In this document: positions 16,940 to 29,879 of the stretch, piece after piece
How the letters are laid out: each line of letters starts with the position of its first letter
Numbering within the stretch: the first letter of the stretch is position 1
Assembly (NCBI RefSeq): GCF_009914755.1
Contig: NC_060926.1
Source: the human T2T-CHM13v2.0 reference genome, Homo sapiens
Reading direction: 5' to 3' (one strand)
DNA length: 64,000 bases
Translations under genes and position numbers: made by a program
The notes under the pieces: model-generated
Told to the model about the DNA's origin: nothing
Database searches by the model: none
The model's input: only the letters and a program-made list of their open reading frames with translations

Positions 16940-17350
16940 TTGATCTGTAAAAACTGTGTCTTTTCTGATCTCTATCTGGCATCTGGCACCACTCCTGGAA
17001 TATAGTAAGCATTCAACAAATATTGGTTCTCTCAACTGTATCGAGTTAAGAGAATTGGAATACAATATATTATTCAAACCAAACACCATCTATTTGTCTA
17101 CAAAGAGTATGGATACAGAAGTAAAAGTTCGCATAGATATTGACTTTAGACAGTTTCATGATCACAGCCCCCAAGCAAATTACTTAATTTCTTGAAGCTT
17201 AATTTTTCTTATCTTCCAAATCTCTGAGATCTCTTCTCATCTATAGCATAATGAGACTAATATTTGCCCCAAAGGACAAATAATATATTAATAGTAAAAT
17301 GCTGGCATAGTGATTGGCACACATTAAGTAATGACTACATAGTAGCTATT
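16940..17350 (+). mobile_element. L2 3' end followed by MIR
   Basis: CCTGGAATATAGTAAGCATTCAACAAATATT; CAAGCAAATTACTTAATTTCTTGAAGCTTAATTTTTCTTATC. Confidence 0.55.
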
Positions 17351-17399
17351 ATTAGGAGATCAAGGTGTTGAAAAAACAAAAGAATTTGAAAAACATGTA

Positions 17400-17700
17400 T
17401 GAGAGAAAAATGCTTGTCTTATGAAGTATAAGGAATGCAAGACAGGACAGCATCAACAATGACTTGATATCAAAGGTGCAGTGTGACACCAGAAAAATAG
17501 TGACTTTGCCAACCAAGGTGATGAGGAAAGGAAGAAGTTCTTGTAAAAGATGACGATATTTAGTTTGAGGTGGATATAATTCGTGGTGTTTAAAAAGAAT
17601 GCAATTGGCAATGCCCATTAGACCGTTGGATGTATATGTGCAGTGTGAGAAAGAGTTCAAACCTAAAGATGCATATTTGAGAGACAGAAATAAAGGGAGA
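17400..17700 (-). mobile_element. L2 LINE fragment
   Basis: CAGGACAGCATCAACAATGACT..GTTGGATGTATATGTGCAGTGTGAGAAAGAG. Confidence 0.45.
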
Positions 17701-18067
17701 GCAGCTAGTTTAAAAGGTTAAACGAGAAGACTGGTGAGAAACGTGAGTCAGATTGAGGGAAAGCAGCAAGGATTTATAGGCGCTACCTTTGTGAACAGAA
17801 TTGTATAGATTTTCTTTGGCTTCAGAGCAAGCCAGAGCAAAGAGAGGCAAGGAACTGAGTTTCTGTCTTTGAAAAATGCTTTATATCTATTTTAGCTAAG
17901 GCTACAATTTTAACTAAAACAAATGAAATGTGACATAGTGCACATGTCATAGCAATAAATATATGAGAATCTGAGGCTATATCGTATGGCTTAATAAATG
18001 TAATTCTTACGGAAGTGGTTTATAGCTGCAGCCAAGAAAATCCATGAAAACCTGTGCAGATACTATT

Positions 18068-18491
18068 TTTGGTAGATTGGATTAGTGTTCCCAGTCATCA
18101 CTCCTTCTCTGCTCTGTGACCTTGTATTACACTACACTGGTGAAGTCTATTTCTCCATGCCGTTGATGTGGGTTTGTGGCTTATGCAGTATTAGTAGATG
18201 TTTTCTTGAATAGAAGCTTTAAAGATGCTTGATTGTTTTGGCTTGACCTCCCTAACACCTGCGGTCAGGCATTGGATGAGGATGCCCATGTAGCTGCTGG
18301 ACCAAGAAAAACACAGGCATATGTAGCAGATTGAACCTAACACATAGCCTGGGACCAAGACCAGCCCACCTCAGGCAAGACCAGAAAAGCAACAGTAGAG
18401 CCACAGAGGCAGAGCAAGACAATGAACATTTGTTATGGTAAATCACAACGATTTTGAGGTTTGATACTATGCTGCAAAAAGTATTAATACA
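18068..18491 (+). mobile_element. MLT1I/J-like MaLR LTR
   Basis: GGTAGATTGGATT start, TAGCTGCTGG..AAG..CATATGTAGCAGA core, end ATGCTGCAAAAAGTATTAATACA. Confidence 0.6.
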
Positions 18492-19885
18492 GTGTTAATT
18501 ACATCAAGATAAAATGGGCAGTGTAATGATTGACTAAATGCTATGGATAGGAGATACCTAAATTGCACTTCCATAAGCAACTTGGCAAATCAGGTTGCGA
18601 CAACAAAATTACTGATGGGAAATACAGATTGTGCTGCTCCATTGTTAATGCAAGACATAATTTATATGTTATCTTAAAGAAAGTAAGAGACAATAACTTA
18701 TATGCACAAATATTCTTCCTTTTCTTGGCTGTTTATGTCTTTTTTACATAAAAATCAAATACCCTGAAACGTTTCAAGGGAAGATATCAATTCTGCAGTT
18801 TACTTAGCCCATTTTTCGTTTTTGCCCCAAACTTTTCACAGTGCTCATTTTTTCAATATTGTTATTTGATTTTTCAGAATTTTTGTAAATTTCCTTTATC
18901 CAGAAAACTTTCCCACTTAGGTGTTCTTTCTGTGATAAAAAAAGAGAAGAAAGAGTTTTTAATTGTTATTATTATTTATTTTTAAAGAGATTCTCATGTT
19001 AGTTTTCTTTTATCTCCTATAGATAAAATTTATTTTCTGAAAGTTGTTGGTTGCCCCTCACTCTAGTTGTATGATGCAGTGACGTTCATTTAGGTCCAGT
19101 CAAATGGATCAAATATATTTCATGCCATTCTTCTTTCACTATAATAATAAAAGAAAAAATTCCATGCAAACATTGAAGGTAAAAAGAGAGAAAAACCTTG
19201 CACTTCAAGGCTGAAGATCAATTCTGTTTAAATTTAAAAGTGATGTTAAAAGTGTTTATCATGCTCTGATTCCTTTGCTGGAAATATCTTTCTTCCTCCC
19301 TCTCCCACCGCAACACACACACACAGTGACTCACTAATTGGCTGTCTGGTTAAATCTTATTCTTTAAAATTCCAACTTAAAATTCCAGCTAATGAGCGCT
19401 CCTGGACTACCTCCCACTCACACCTCTACTGAGTTGTATCTGTCCTGGTCTTTCCCTAGGAAAGAGTACATATCTCCACTTCATACTAATCATAATATAT
19501 TAAAATGATGACTTATTCACATATTTCTTTGAAAGGAGCATTAAGTCAAAATTCAGAGATTACCCATCTTCAGGACATAGTGTCTAGAGTGTGCTTGAGT
19601 CCCAAAAATAGCCAACTCAACCCAATATTTAGGAATAAGGTGGCAGGCATATTGGTCTTGGCTCTACCATCAACTCACTGAAGGATACAGCAAATCCCTC
19701 CCTCCCATCTCTAAACGTTATTTTTTCTAATTTATTCTGTGAAACTTTAGAGGGCACCTTTTTGAGCAATGGGATTCAGTGTTCCAGTACAACATTCTGA
19801 GGCTGGCTAATCTAACCAAAAAATTATATTTTTATTTAAAAAACATAAAAACAAGACTTTCTTTTAAAGTATTGGGAGGAGCCCA

Positions 19886-19929
19886 TATATGTATATATGT
19901 ATGTGTGTGTATATATATATATAAACATA

Positions 19930-19960
<31 letters not shown>
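19886..19960. repeat. compound (TA)/(TG) microsatellite
   Basis: direct reading. Confidence 0.9.
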
Positions 19961-20408
19961 AAAGTTAAAGCCAGAGTAGAGCAGAAAAGCTTAAATGAAA
20001 ACCAAGGCAGAAGATCCACATCCCTTCTAACTTGCCAGTGAGTGGTACTTCCATCGACTAGCAAGTCTTTTTGAAGTGCAGTATAAATGTGCTGTGATAA
20101 ACTGCTGTTTACCTTCCAAATACGTTCTCCCTCCCATGCTACATATTTGTATACTGGTACTGTCCTTCCAGAGAGAAAACGTTTTAACACAAAGAAATGA
20201 CCAGATACCAAGGATAGTTTACAGAGGTAATATAGGCAAAAATAATGGGCCATGAACAACCTAAGAAGATGCCATGACAGAGGAGGATTCAAGGGAACTG
20301 GGATGTGAACATACCAAAGACCACGTGAGAAAAGAAGACAGTTCTGTGAGGATGCCCAGTGACCACTTTTATCTGGAATGAGATATGCGGTGGATTTAAA
20401 CTAAAAGG

Positions 20409-20686
20409 GGCCTCTTGCAGTGGTTCATGCCTGCAACCCCAGCACTTTGGGAGGCTGAGGGAGGCGGATCACTTTAGATCAGGAGTTCAAAACCAGGCTG
20501 GCCAACATGGTGAAACCCTGTCTCTATTAAAAATATAGACACCTGTAATCCCAGCTACTCAGGAGGCTGAGGCAGGAAAATCGCTCGAACCCTGGGAGGC
20601 AGAGGGTGCAGTGAGCTGAGATGGGTCCCTTGCACTCCAGCCTGGGCAACAGAGTGAGACTCCGTCTCAATAAATAAATAAATAAA
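20409..20686 (+). mobile_element. AluS(x-like) with about 24-nt deletion at the arm junction, (TAAA)n tail
   Basis: both arms present; TAAAAATATA joins directly to GACACCTGTAATCCCAGC; TSD core TAAACTAA at 20397-20404 and 20683-20690. Confidence 0.93.
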
Positions 20687-21307
20687 CTAATAGAGTAAGA
20701 GCAGTATCTATCAGAATGCCTACTTCTCAATATCTGAGACAGCCATTTCACACAGAAATATGTTCCATTCAATATTTCCCCTTTTTAGCTAAATTCTGGT
20801 CACAATGATGTCATACTTACCTGAAAGGTGAAACTTACCAAGCTGAACGCTCCTCTCTGCGCAATGCTGTGGGGTTGGAGAAGAAGTCAACTGGTTTAGG
20901 GAGGATCTCTTTTTATTGTCTTATGATTCCATATGCTTCTAATTTACTAAAGTAAAATATCTGATAACACTTGGAAAGCCATTGCAGAATCCACTGAGCC
21001 CCAGTGAGATGAAGGCTTTCTAAAGAGATGAAAGCATCCATCAGTATATCTCCATTTCATTAACCGTGACTGCGGGTGGTCTTGGAATGTTGTCAAGCTC
21101 TAGAAAACTGGCCAAGTTCAGGAAGAGTCCAGGAACAGTCATCAGAACAGAGAGTGCACGAGCTCTCCTCCTGTTCCTGACCCAGCAACTTCTTCCTTGG
21201 GGAATACAAGCCACAGATGGCCATGAGTCCACACATCCATGTGGAGGAGCACAGGGGAGTGCCTCGCTCCCATTTACAAATGGTGCTTTAAAAATCCTAC
21301 TTGCTGT

Positions 21308-21851
21308 ATTAAAAATTTATTTCAATTTTTTGGGGGTACGTGTGGTTTTTGGTTACATGGTAGAGTTCTTTAGTGGTGATATCTGAGATTTTGATGCACT
21401 TATCACCACAGCAGTATATGCTGCCCCCAATATGTACTCTTTTATCCCTCACCTCCCTCCCACACTTCCCCCCAAGTCCCCAAAGTCCATTGTATCATTT
21501 TTATGCCTTTGCATCCTCATAGCTTAGCTCCCACTTATATTTGGTTTTCCATTCCTGAGAGACTTCACTTAGAATAATGGCTTCCAGCTCCATCGAATCC
21601 ATCCAAGTTGCTGCAAAGGCCATTATTTCATTTTGTTTTATGGCTGAGTAGTATCCCATAGTGTGTGTGTGTGTATATATATATATGACATATGTGTGTG
21701 TATGATATATATGTATCATATCATAAAATATATATAAATATATATATATATCACATATTATTTATCCACTCAGTTGATGGGCATTTAGGTTGGTTCCATA
21801 TTTTTCCAATTATGAATTTTGCTGCAATAAACATGTGTGCGCATGTGTCTT
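21308..21851 (-). mobile_element. L1PB-like LINE-1 3' end with internal (TG)/(TA) microsatellite
   Basis: GGTTACATGG..TTCTTTAGTGGTGAT..CTGAGATTTTG, AGTCCCCAAAGTCCATTGTATCATT, TATGGCTGAGTAGTAT. Confidence 0.9.
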
Positions 21852-21931
21852 TATTCTAACAATACTTGAGTAGAGTATTTCTGGTCAAATACATTCTGTG
21901 GTGTGGAGTTTGAGGTAGGAGCTCTGTGATA

Positions 21932-22003
21932 CTGGCTTTTCCACACTGTGAGGCTGGCTTTTCCACACTGTGAGGCTGGCTTTTCCACACTGTGAGGCTG
22001 GCT
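21932..22003. repeat. 22-bp tandem repeat, 3.3 perfect copies
   Basis: CTGGCTTTTCCACACTGTGAGG at 21932, 21954, 21976, then CTGGCT. Confidence 0.97.
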
Positions 22004-22229
22004 CTTGCTCAGGGCACACTTCCCCCTCCCCTGAGGGCTGTCAAAGCACATGGGCTTCCTTCCCCCGCTGGGTGGTGATGAAAAATACCCCTCGTGTCAA
22101 AGGCACTTATAAAGCAAGTAATTAAGGTCATCTGCTCAAATCTCACCCACAATTTGTGTTCATAGAGAAATAAAAAATTTCTACCTAATATCAGCTGATT
22201 CACTTATATGTTTCATGACTAACAGCATC

Positions 22230-22530
22230 ATGAAACATTAGAATTGGTAAGGTTCTAAGAAGCCATTCAGTTTAGCCTCCTCTCATGTAATACCGAAATC
22301 CTTTCTACAATATCACCAAGTGTTTTCCAGTCTCTGCCAGAATGCTTGCCCTCTTCCAAGACAGTTTCAGAAAAGCCCATCCTCATGTTTAAACACAAAC
22401 GTTTCCCAGTGTTCGCGACCATTTCCACAGTCCTTAGGCTCATTCACAACAATTACTTAAAGAAGATAATGATGCATTCTGGGGTCTGCTTTTTCATAAG
22501 CTGAACATCCTCAAAGTTCTATATTGTTCA
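22230..22530 (-). mobile_element. L3/CR1 fragment
   Basis: TTAGAATTGGTAAGG..CATTCAGTTTAGCC..AATCCTTTCTACAATATC..CCAGTCTCTGCCAGAATGC. Confidence 0.45.
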
Positions 22531-23109
22531 TATGGCATGTTGATTTTTCAAGGCACGTGGTTTTTAATCCCTATTTTTAATATCCTGTAATACTTTTTCA
22601 GATCTTCAACTTATTATGCCATCTATATTTGTGTGGGGGTGATTCAAGAGTTCACCATATGTTCTAAGGAACTTAAATAAACTATTGAGTCTATTGAACG
22701 TGGGTGTTTCTGTTAAGTTAAAGGGGAGGAAGTTGCAGCTGTTTCTACTCTGCACACTTTTCCTTGCTTTGAATTAGGATTGTAGAAACAGAAGTAGTAT
22801 CATATCTTCTAATTTTTAGGTTTGGTTTTCCTCACCCTGTGATGTACAGAATTATTTTAAAGATTCTTTACGCACAATTTTAGGGCTTCTTTTTGTCTTG
22901 ACCTGGTAACCCACTCCTCTCCAGGTGATGGTTATGGTATTACAGGCTTGGAAGAGATCTTAAAAGCTGGTCCAGCTGCCCTTTTCCAGACGAAATTGGT
23001 ATGAAACATATACCTTAGTTGCTTTTAGAGTAGCCACAGCAAAATGGCTTCAAAAAATAGTTTCCTGGCATGTTATCTGTAGACTCAATCAACAAATTTC
23101 TCAAAAAAT

Positions 23110-23321
23110 ATATGATGCGCTGGAGGCAGGTCCTGTCAATTTGGGAGACCAGCTTGTCGATGTTAATTTTTAACTACTCGGAAATTTTGTAAGCCAGTTC
23201 ATAAATAGTTGGTAGGTTGAAATCAGACATGATGGGAGCATTTATACCACAAAAAGCAGCAGATGCAACCGCTCAGGGCCTTTTTTCCTCCAGTGGGGAG
23301 CCAGGCTACCAACTCACCACT
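23110..23321. mobile_element. MER63-like hAT DNA transposon
   Basis: GGTAGGTTGAAATCAGACATGATGGGAGCATTTATACCAC..CTCAGGGC..ACCAACTCACCACT. Confidence 0.6.
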
Positions 23322-23571
23322 AGTCCTTGACATACCTTTCAGTAATTAGAAACATCATCTCTCTCCACTAAAAAATTCATTCGCCTACCCTGAGATATCC
23401 TTTGTAAGTAATGAATTCATATATTTCCGGGTACTAGATATTCTTTTCTATATATCGTCTTTGGGAAAATTAAGATAGTGATCATTTAAGTTGTGTTTTG
23501 TAGGGTTCAATTCTTTCCCAGAACCCTAGTTAAGCAAGGCTGATGGGTAGGTAGAACAGAGACAAGAAGCC

Positions 23572-23740
23572 AGTAGTGCTCAACATTGGTGCACATTAAA
23601 CCATCTGGGGAACTAAAACAAACAAATAAACAAACAAAAAACAGACACCTATAAACCAATAAAATTATTTCTGGGGGTGGCTGTGGACATCCAAATTCCC
23701 TGGTAATTTGGAGGACGTCTGCCAAAAGCACTTTGGAAGT
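23572..23740. mobile_element. MER5-like hAT DNA transposon
   Basis: CAGTAGTGCTCAACATTGGTGCACATTAAACCATCTGGGGAACT..TTCCCTGGTAATT. Confidence 0.5.
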
Positions 23741-23799
23741 GACGGCAAACCTCGATATTTCCCCAAAAGATAAAGTGGGTGGGATGGATGTTGATTCAA

Positions 23800-24010
23800 C
23801 ACATGTTGAGCAAGCATTTGCCATGTAGTCAGCATTACTGACCAATTTCTGCCACAGTTCTTTGCAGGAGATATGTCACTATTCCTATTTTATAGATGAG
23901 AAGCATGAGATTTGTGATAGTTAAATGATTTCTAAAAGGAAACATAGTAAATAATAGATCCTAGATGTGAGATCAAGCTGGGACTTAAAAAACTCTAAGG
24001 TCACTCTGGC
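23800..24010 (-). mobile_element. MIR SINE
   Basis: ACTATTCCTATTTTATAGATGAGAA..TGAG..GTTAAATGATTT. Confidence 0.6.
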
Positions 24011-24119
24011 GTTTATTATTTGTGGTCTCTCAATAGGATTGAAACTTCTCCCAAGATTTTGGAAATTTCATATAGGTTTGATCTTTCCAAGTGAAAAGCC
24101 CAGACTCCGTTAAGTATAG

Positions 24120-24889
<770 letters not shown>

Positions 24890-25842
24890 CCTAAAACCAT
24901 TTTTAACCTCATGTTGCTTCACAGTAAGTTGAGAATACACTGTAAAATTTACTTTAGGATTTCTACAGTCCAGACAGGATTAGGGAAAGCAACATTTTTG
25001 GCCCTTAAACTTTTATTATTTTTTATCACAAGGTAGGGTAGTCTAAGACATAAGCCCTCTCTTTGTAAAACTGTGATGTAATCTTTTCATCCCTCTTTAA
25101 CAGCTTATCATACAATGCTTTTAATTATTCATACAACTTATTCAACAAGAAGTTACCAAGAACCAGTTCCACTATGGACCCTGTGACAGATGTTCAGGTA
25201 CAAAGAAGAGTCAAGGCAGCCCTCGTCTCCCTCACAACACAGCTCAGGTAAGGGTAAGAATTGCTCACGTCACAATGCCATGTGATCAGCATGTGTTAAG
25301 AAAGTGCTGTGGGCAACTGAAAGACATGGGAAGAAGTGAAATTTCTAAGGGAGAGTGAGAAGAAAGCAAAAGATAGGACCCCAGGCATAGCAAATATGTT
25401 GTGAGTAATAACAAGATGGTTGATGTTGAAGACAACATCAGAATAATGGGAGTGGCACGTTTTCTTCACCATCCTTTTATCTCTTTATCTGCATGAAGCC
25501 TCTGGTATGAACAGCATGCCTGGAGAACACCTAGTTCCCCCTGCTTTCTTGGCCATTTTGTTACACATCTGGTTATATGAAAGATACCTGTTCGCATCTT
25601 CAGCCTACCAGTATCTCAGGGTAATATCTCTTCCCTGCAATGTCTTTATTCTTATTTGTCTGATACTTCCCCAGTCATAATGACATTCCTCTATTTCTTG
25701 CCAAAGCTCATTTATACATCATAAAGTTTACTAGGTAAATTAGTTATATAAAATACCAAATGAAATCATACTTATTATTACAAGTTATTGTACAATTTTA
25801 CAATTTTATAGTAGAATTGTCTTTGTTCAGTAATCTGATTTC

Positions 25843-27120
25843 TTTTTTTCCATAAGTTATTGGGTACAGGTGGTGTTTGATTACATGAGTAGGCTCTTTA
25901 GTGGTGATTTGTGAGATTTTGGTGCACCCATCACCCGAGCAGTGTACACTGCACCATATTTATAGGTTTTACCCCTTGCACCCCCTCAAGCTTTCCCCAC
26001 AGTCCCCAAAGTCCATTGTATCATTCTTATGCCTTTGCATCCCCATAGCTTAGCTCCCACGTATCAGTGAGAACATACAGTGTTTGGGTTTCCATTCCTG
26101 AGTTACTTCACTTAGAATAATAGTCTCCAATCTCATCCAGGTCATGGCAAATGCCATTAATTCATCCCTTTTTATGGCTGAGTAGTATTCCAATGTGAGT
26201 GTATGTGTGTGTATGCATATATATATATGTGTATATATATGTGTATATATATGTATATATATGTGTATATATGTATATATATATGTGTGTGTGTATATAT
26301 ATGTATGTGTATATATATATATATTACAGTTTCTTTATCCACTCATTGATTGATGGGCATTTTGGTTGATTCCACTATTTTGCAACTGCGAATTGTGCTG
26401 CTGTAAACATGTATGTGCAAGTATCTAGTAGTTCTACTACTAAGTATATAGTAGTTATACTTTTAGTTCTTTAGGGAATCTCCACACTGTTTTTCATAGT
26501 GCTGTACTAGCTTACATTCCCACCAGCAGTGTAGAAGTGCTCCCTGATCACTGCATCCATGCCAACATCTACTGTTTTTTGATTTTTTGATTATGCCCGT
26601 TCTTGCAGGAGTAAGGTGGTATTTCACTGTGGTTTTGATTTGCACTTCCCTGATCATTAGTGATGTTGAGCATTTTTTCATGTGTCTGTTGGCCATGTGT
26701 ATATCTTTTTTTGAGAATTGTCTATTCATGTATTTAGCCCAATTTTTGACACGATTGTTTGTTTTTTTTCTTACTGATTTGTTTGCGTTCGTTGTAGATT
26801 CTGGATATTAGTCCTTTGTTAGATATATAGACTGTGAAGATTTTCTCCCACTCTGTGGGTTGTCTGTTTACTCTGCTGACTGTTCCTTTTGCTGTGTAAA
26901 AGCTCTTTAGTTTAATTAGGCCCCAGCTATTTGTCTTTGTTTTTATTGCATTTGCTTTTGGGTTCTTGGTCATAAAAATCCTTGCCTAAGCCAATGTCTA
27001 GAAGGGTTTTTCCATTGTTATCTTCTAGAATTTGTATAGGTTCAGGTTTTAGGTTTAAGTCCTTAATCCAGCTTTGAGTTGACTTGAGCTGAGAGATGAG
27101 GATCCTGTTCCATTCTCCTT
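25843..27120 (-). mobile_element. L1PB LINE-1, 5'-truncated (ORF2 C-terminus and 3'UTR), internal (TA/TG)n at about 26200-26322
   Basis: minus-strand ORFs [22 protein letters not shown] and KYHLTPAR; TSD GTAATCT(G/A)ATTTC at 25830-25842 and 27121-27133. Confidence 0.94.
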
Positions 27121-27472
27121 GTAATCTAATTTCACAAAAGAGGAGCTGAAGCCCTTATTGGTAGAACTGATGTTGCATTTCAAAGTCAGCCTGAGTAGCT
27201 ATCTAAATATCTTTTGCCTACATATCCTGCAGGATCGTTAGAATGAAGATGTGTAAAATGGAAGCTTCCACTTACTTACTATTAACTTGCACCTTTTCTT
27301 ATTTTCCTAGCTTACTGCACCACATCCCATTCACTCAATCTTCCAGTTCAGAAACCTATAGTTTTCTGTGCATCTATTTCCATCCGTGTCCATGGACAAT
27401 CATGGTGATGAATTTGTTTCTTCAACATCTTTTCAATAGGACCTTACCTATCCATTCCCCACCATTAGTGAC

Positions 27473-27516
27473 TGTATTGGTCAGAGCTCTCAAGAGAGAT
27501 AGAACCAATGAAAGAT

Positions 27517-27556
<40 letters not shown>

Positions 27557-27635
27557 GTAGATAGACAGACAGACAGATAAATACATACATACATACATAG
27601 ATGATGGATGGATAGCTAGATGATAGATAGCTAAC

Positions 27636-27680
<45 letters not shown>

Positions 27681-28099
27681 AAAATTTGGCTCACATGATT
27701 AGGAGGACTGACAAGTCCCAAGAGCTACAGGGTGATTCAGTGAGCCGGGAGAGCTAATGTTGTAAGCTCCATTCCAAAGGCCAGCAGGCTCCAGACCTGG
27801 AAAAGCTGACTTTTCAGTTGGAGTCTGAGGCAGGAGAAAGCTGATGTCCCAGTTCAAAGCAGGATAGGAGGACTTCTTTCTTACTTGGGGGAGGATTGGC
27901 ATTTTTGTCTTATTCAGGTCTTCAAATGACTAGATGTTTTCCACCCACATTAGAGAGCCAATCCGTTTTACATAATCTATCAAGTCAAATATTCACCTCA
28001 CTCAAAAAAACTCTCACAGAAACACCCAGAATAATGTTTGTTTAAATGTCTGGGAAACCCATGACCCAGTGGAGTTGACACATGAAATTAACCACCAAA
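27473..28099 (-). mobile_element. MLT2 (ERVL) solo LTR
   Basis: TGTATTGGTCAGAGCTCTC start, ACACCCAGAATAATGTTTG..GTTGACACATGAAATTAACCA end; perfect 5-bp TSD GTGAC at 27468-27472 and 28100-28104. Confidence 0.92.
27517..27677. repeat. complex tetranucleotide STR (GATA)n/(GACA)n/(TACA)n
   Basis: two GATA blocks separated by GACA, CATA and GATG variants. Confidence 0.97.
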
Positions 28100-28751
28100 G
28101 TGACTTATTTTAGCCTCATTGTTTCTCACCTTATTATTGCAGTCAAACCTTAATTGGCCTCTCTGACATGCCCTTTCTTCCATTCTATCTAGACATAACC
28201 TGAGTAATCTTCCTGCATCACAGATTTGATCATGCACCTGTCCTGCTTGGCATCATTCAGTGGCTTCCCATGGCATTCTGTACGCAATAATTAGGAACTT
28301 AGCATGACATAAAACATTTCATGACTTGATCCTTCACTTCTTCCCCAGCTTCTTTTTCCTCATATCCTGAAGCATGCTACATTGCAACAGGGCAATGGCA
28401 CTCACTAACTCGTCCATTCATTCTCCCAATTGTACATTGATCACTGTCTTGCATCACATATGTTTAATTTCTTGGGGAAAAGAATTTCTGCCTTGTGGGG
28501 TTGTGGGCTAATAAGAAAGGCAGCTGAGGAAGTAGATACTTAGGACAGAAATAGGTTTCCATGACAGAGCTCAGGATTCAGTAAGGTGCCTTTACAGTCC
28601 ACAGGCAGGGCACCTAACACCATCTGCGAATGCAGAGAGTCTCAGCAGAGATGCCGTCCAAGCCAAAATTCAAGGATGGGCTTGATTTATGTGGTCAGTA
28701 GGGGATAATTCTAACACACATAAGTTCTATGGCTTTGAATAATTACCTACT

Positions 28752-29186
28752 TGATACAGTTTGAAAGTTTGTCCCCTCCAAATCTCATGTGGATATGTAA
28801 TCCCAGTGTTGGAGGTGGAGCCTGGTGAGGGGTATTTGGGTCATGGGGCAAATTCTTCATGAAGGGTTTGTTGCCCTCCCTGTAGTAATGAGTTCACACT
28901 GCATCTGGTTATTTAAAAGAGTCTGTCACCTCTGCCTCTCTCTGTTGCTCCCTCTCTCACCCTGTGATGCACTGACTTCCGTTAGTCTACTGTCATGATT
29001 GGAAGCTCCCTGAGGTCTCACCAGACACAGATTCCAGCGCCATGCTTCTTGTACAATCTGCAGAACCACGAGCAAAACAAACAAACAAACAAACAAAAAC
29101 CAAAAAAAAAAAAAAAAAAAAAACCTGCTTTTCTTATAAATTACCCAGCCTTGGGTATTCCTTTACAGAAATGCAAATCGATGCTA
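28752..29186 (+). mobile_element. MST (A/B) MaLR solo LTR
   Basis: TGATACAGTTTG..CCCTCCAAATCTCATG..GTTGGAGGTGGAGCCTGG..ATAAATTACCCAGCCT..GGTATTCCTTTA. Confidence 0.88.
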
Positions 29187-29399
29187 CCCTTCTCTTAAAT
29201 CTTGGTTTTCTCATTGTAAAATTATCAGAATAGCAATTGCACTTGTCTTAAAGGCATTTTCTTAGATAAAGGTCAGTGATTAAACAAAATAACCACTTCC
29301 TGTTGTGTAGTAAGTTTTCAGCATCCACTGTCTTTTTTAGCAGCAGGAGCAGCAGCAGGGTATTAGTAGCAGCCACAGTTGAGCATCTCCATCTCTCTA

Positions 29400-29755
29400 A
29401 GCCACAATGTCTCCCAGTCCCACAGCACTGCACGCTCCTCCATGCCAATGTGCCTTTGCACACATTAACTTCTCTTCTTTCCTCCTTCCTCCATCTGGAC
29501 AAATTCTTATTAATTCCTCATGAATCTATACCAACATCACCTTCCAAAAAGCTTTCATATGACCTCCTCTCTTCCAACATAGTTAGAAAACTTTCCCATG
29601 GCTCGCAGAGTCCACTGTGAATACCTTTCTCATGCAGTGTTTCACATGGTTCTGGGAAATTTGCAAGGGTCAGAACTAAATTTAATCTTTGAATCTTCAG
29701 AATAGGGCCTAGCGCAGCCCATAGTGTGGGTTTAGCAGGTATCTCTTGAATTAAT
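29400..29755 (+). mobile_element. L2 LINE 3' region
   Basis: TGCCTTTGCACAC..CATCACCTTCCAAAAAGCTTTC..GCCTAGCGCAG. Confidence 0.45.
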
Positions 29756-29879
29756 TGGTGTTTGGTTCACTCTAAAGAGTTGATATCAACAATGCACGCT
29801 TAGAGGAAAGATATATACAAACATACACATTTACATGCTTATATAAAAATGTATACCAAAATAGACACACACACACATT

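Larger units (their letters stand above)
27240..28400 (+). mobile_element. L2 LINE remnant split by an MLT2 LTR
   Basis: CCATTCACTCAATC..CAGAAACCTA before the LTR; GTAATCTTCCTGCATCACAGATTTGATCATG..CAGTGGCTTCCCATGGCA after it. Confidence 0.55.

Noticed and set aside
20813-20830. U1 snRNA pseudogene
   Set aside because: Only the first 11 nt match and the sequence diverges immediately after; better read as a minus-strand splice donor.
21932-22003. CRISPR-like array
   Set aside because: Head-to-tail repeats without spacers, eukaryotic context, no cas genes. The spaced 13-mers at 40806-40858 are also far too short.
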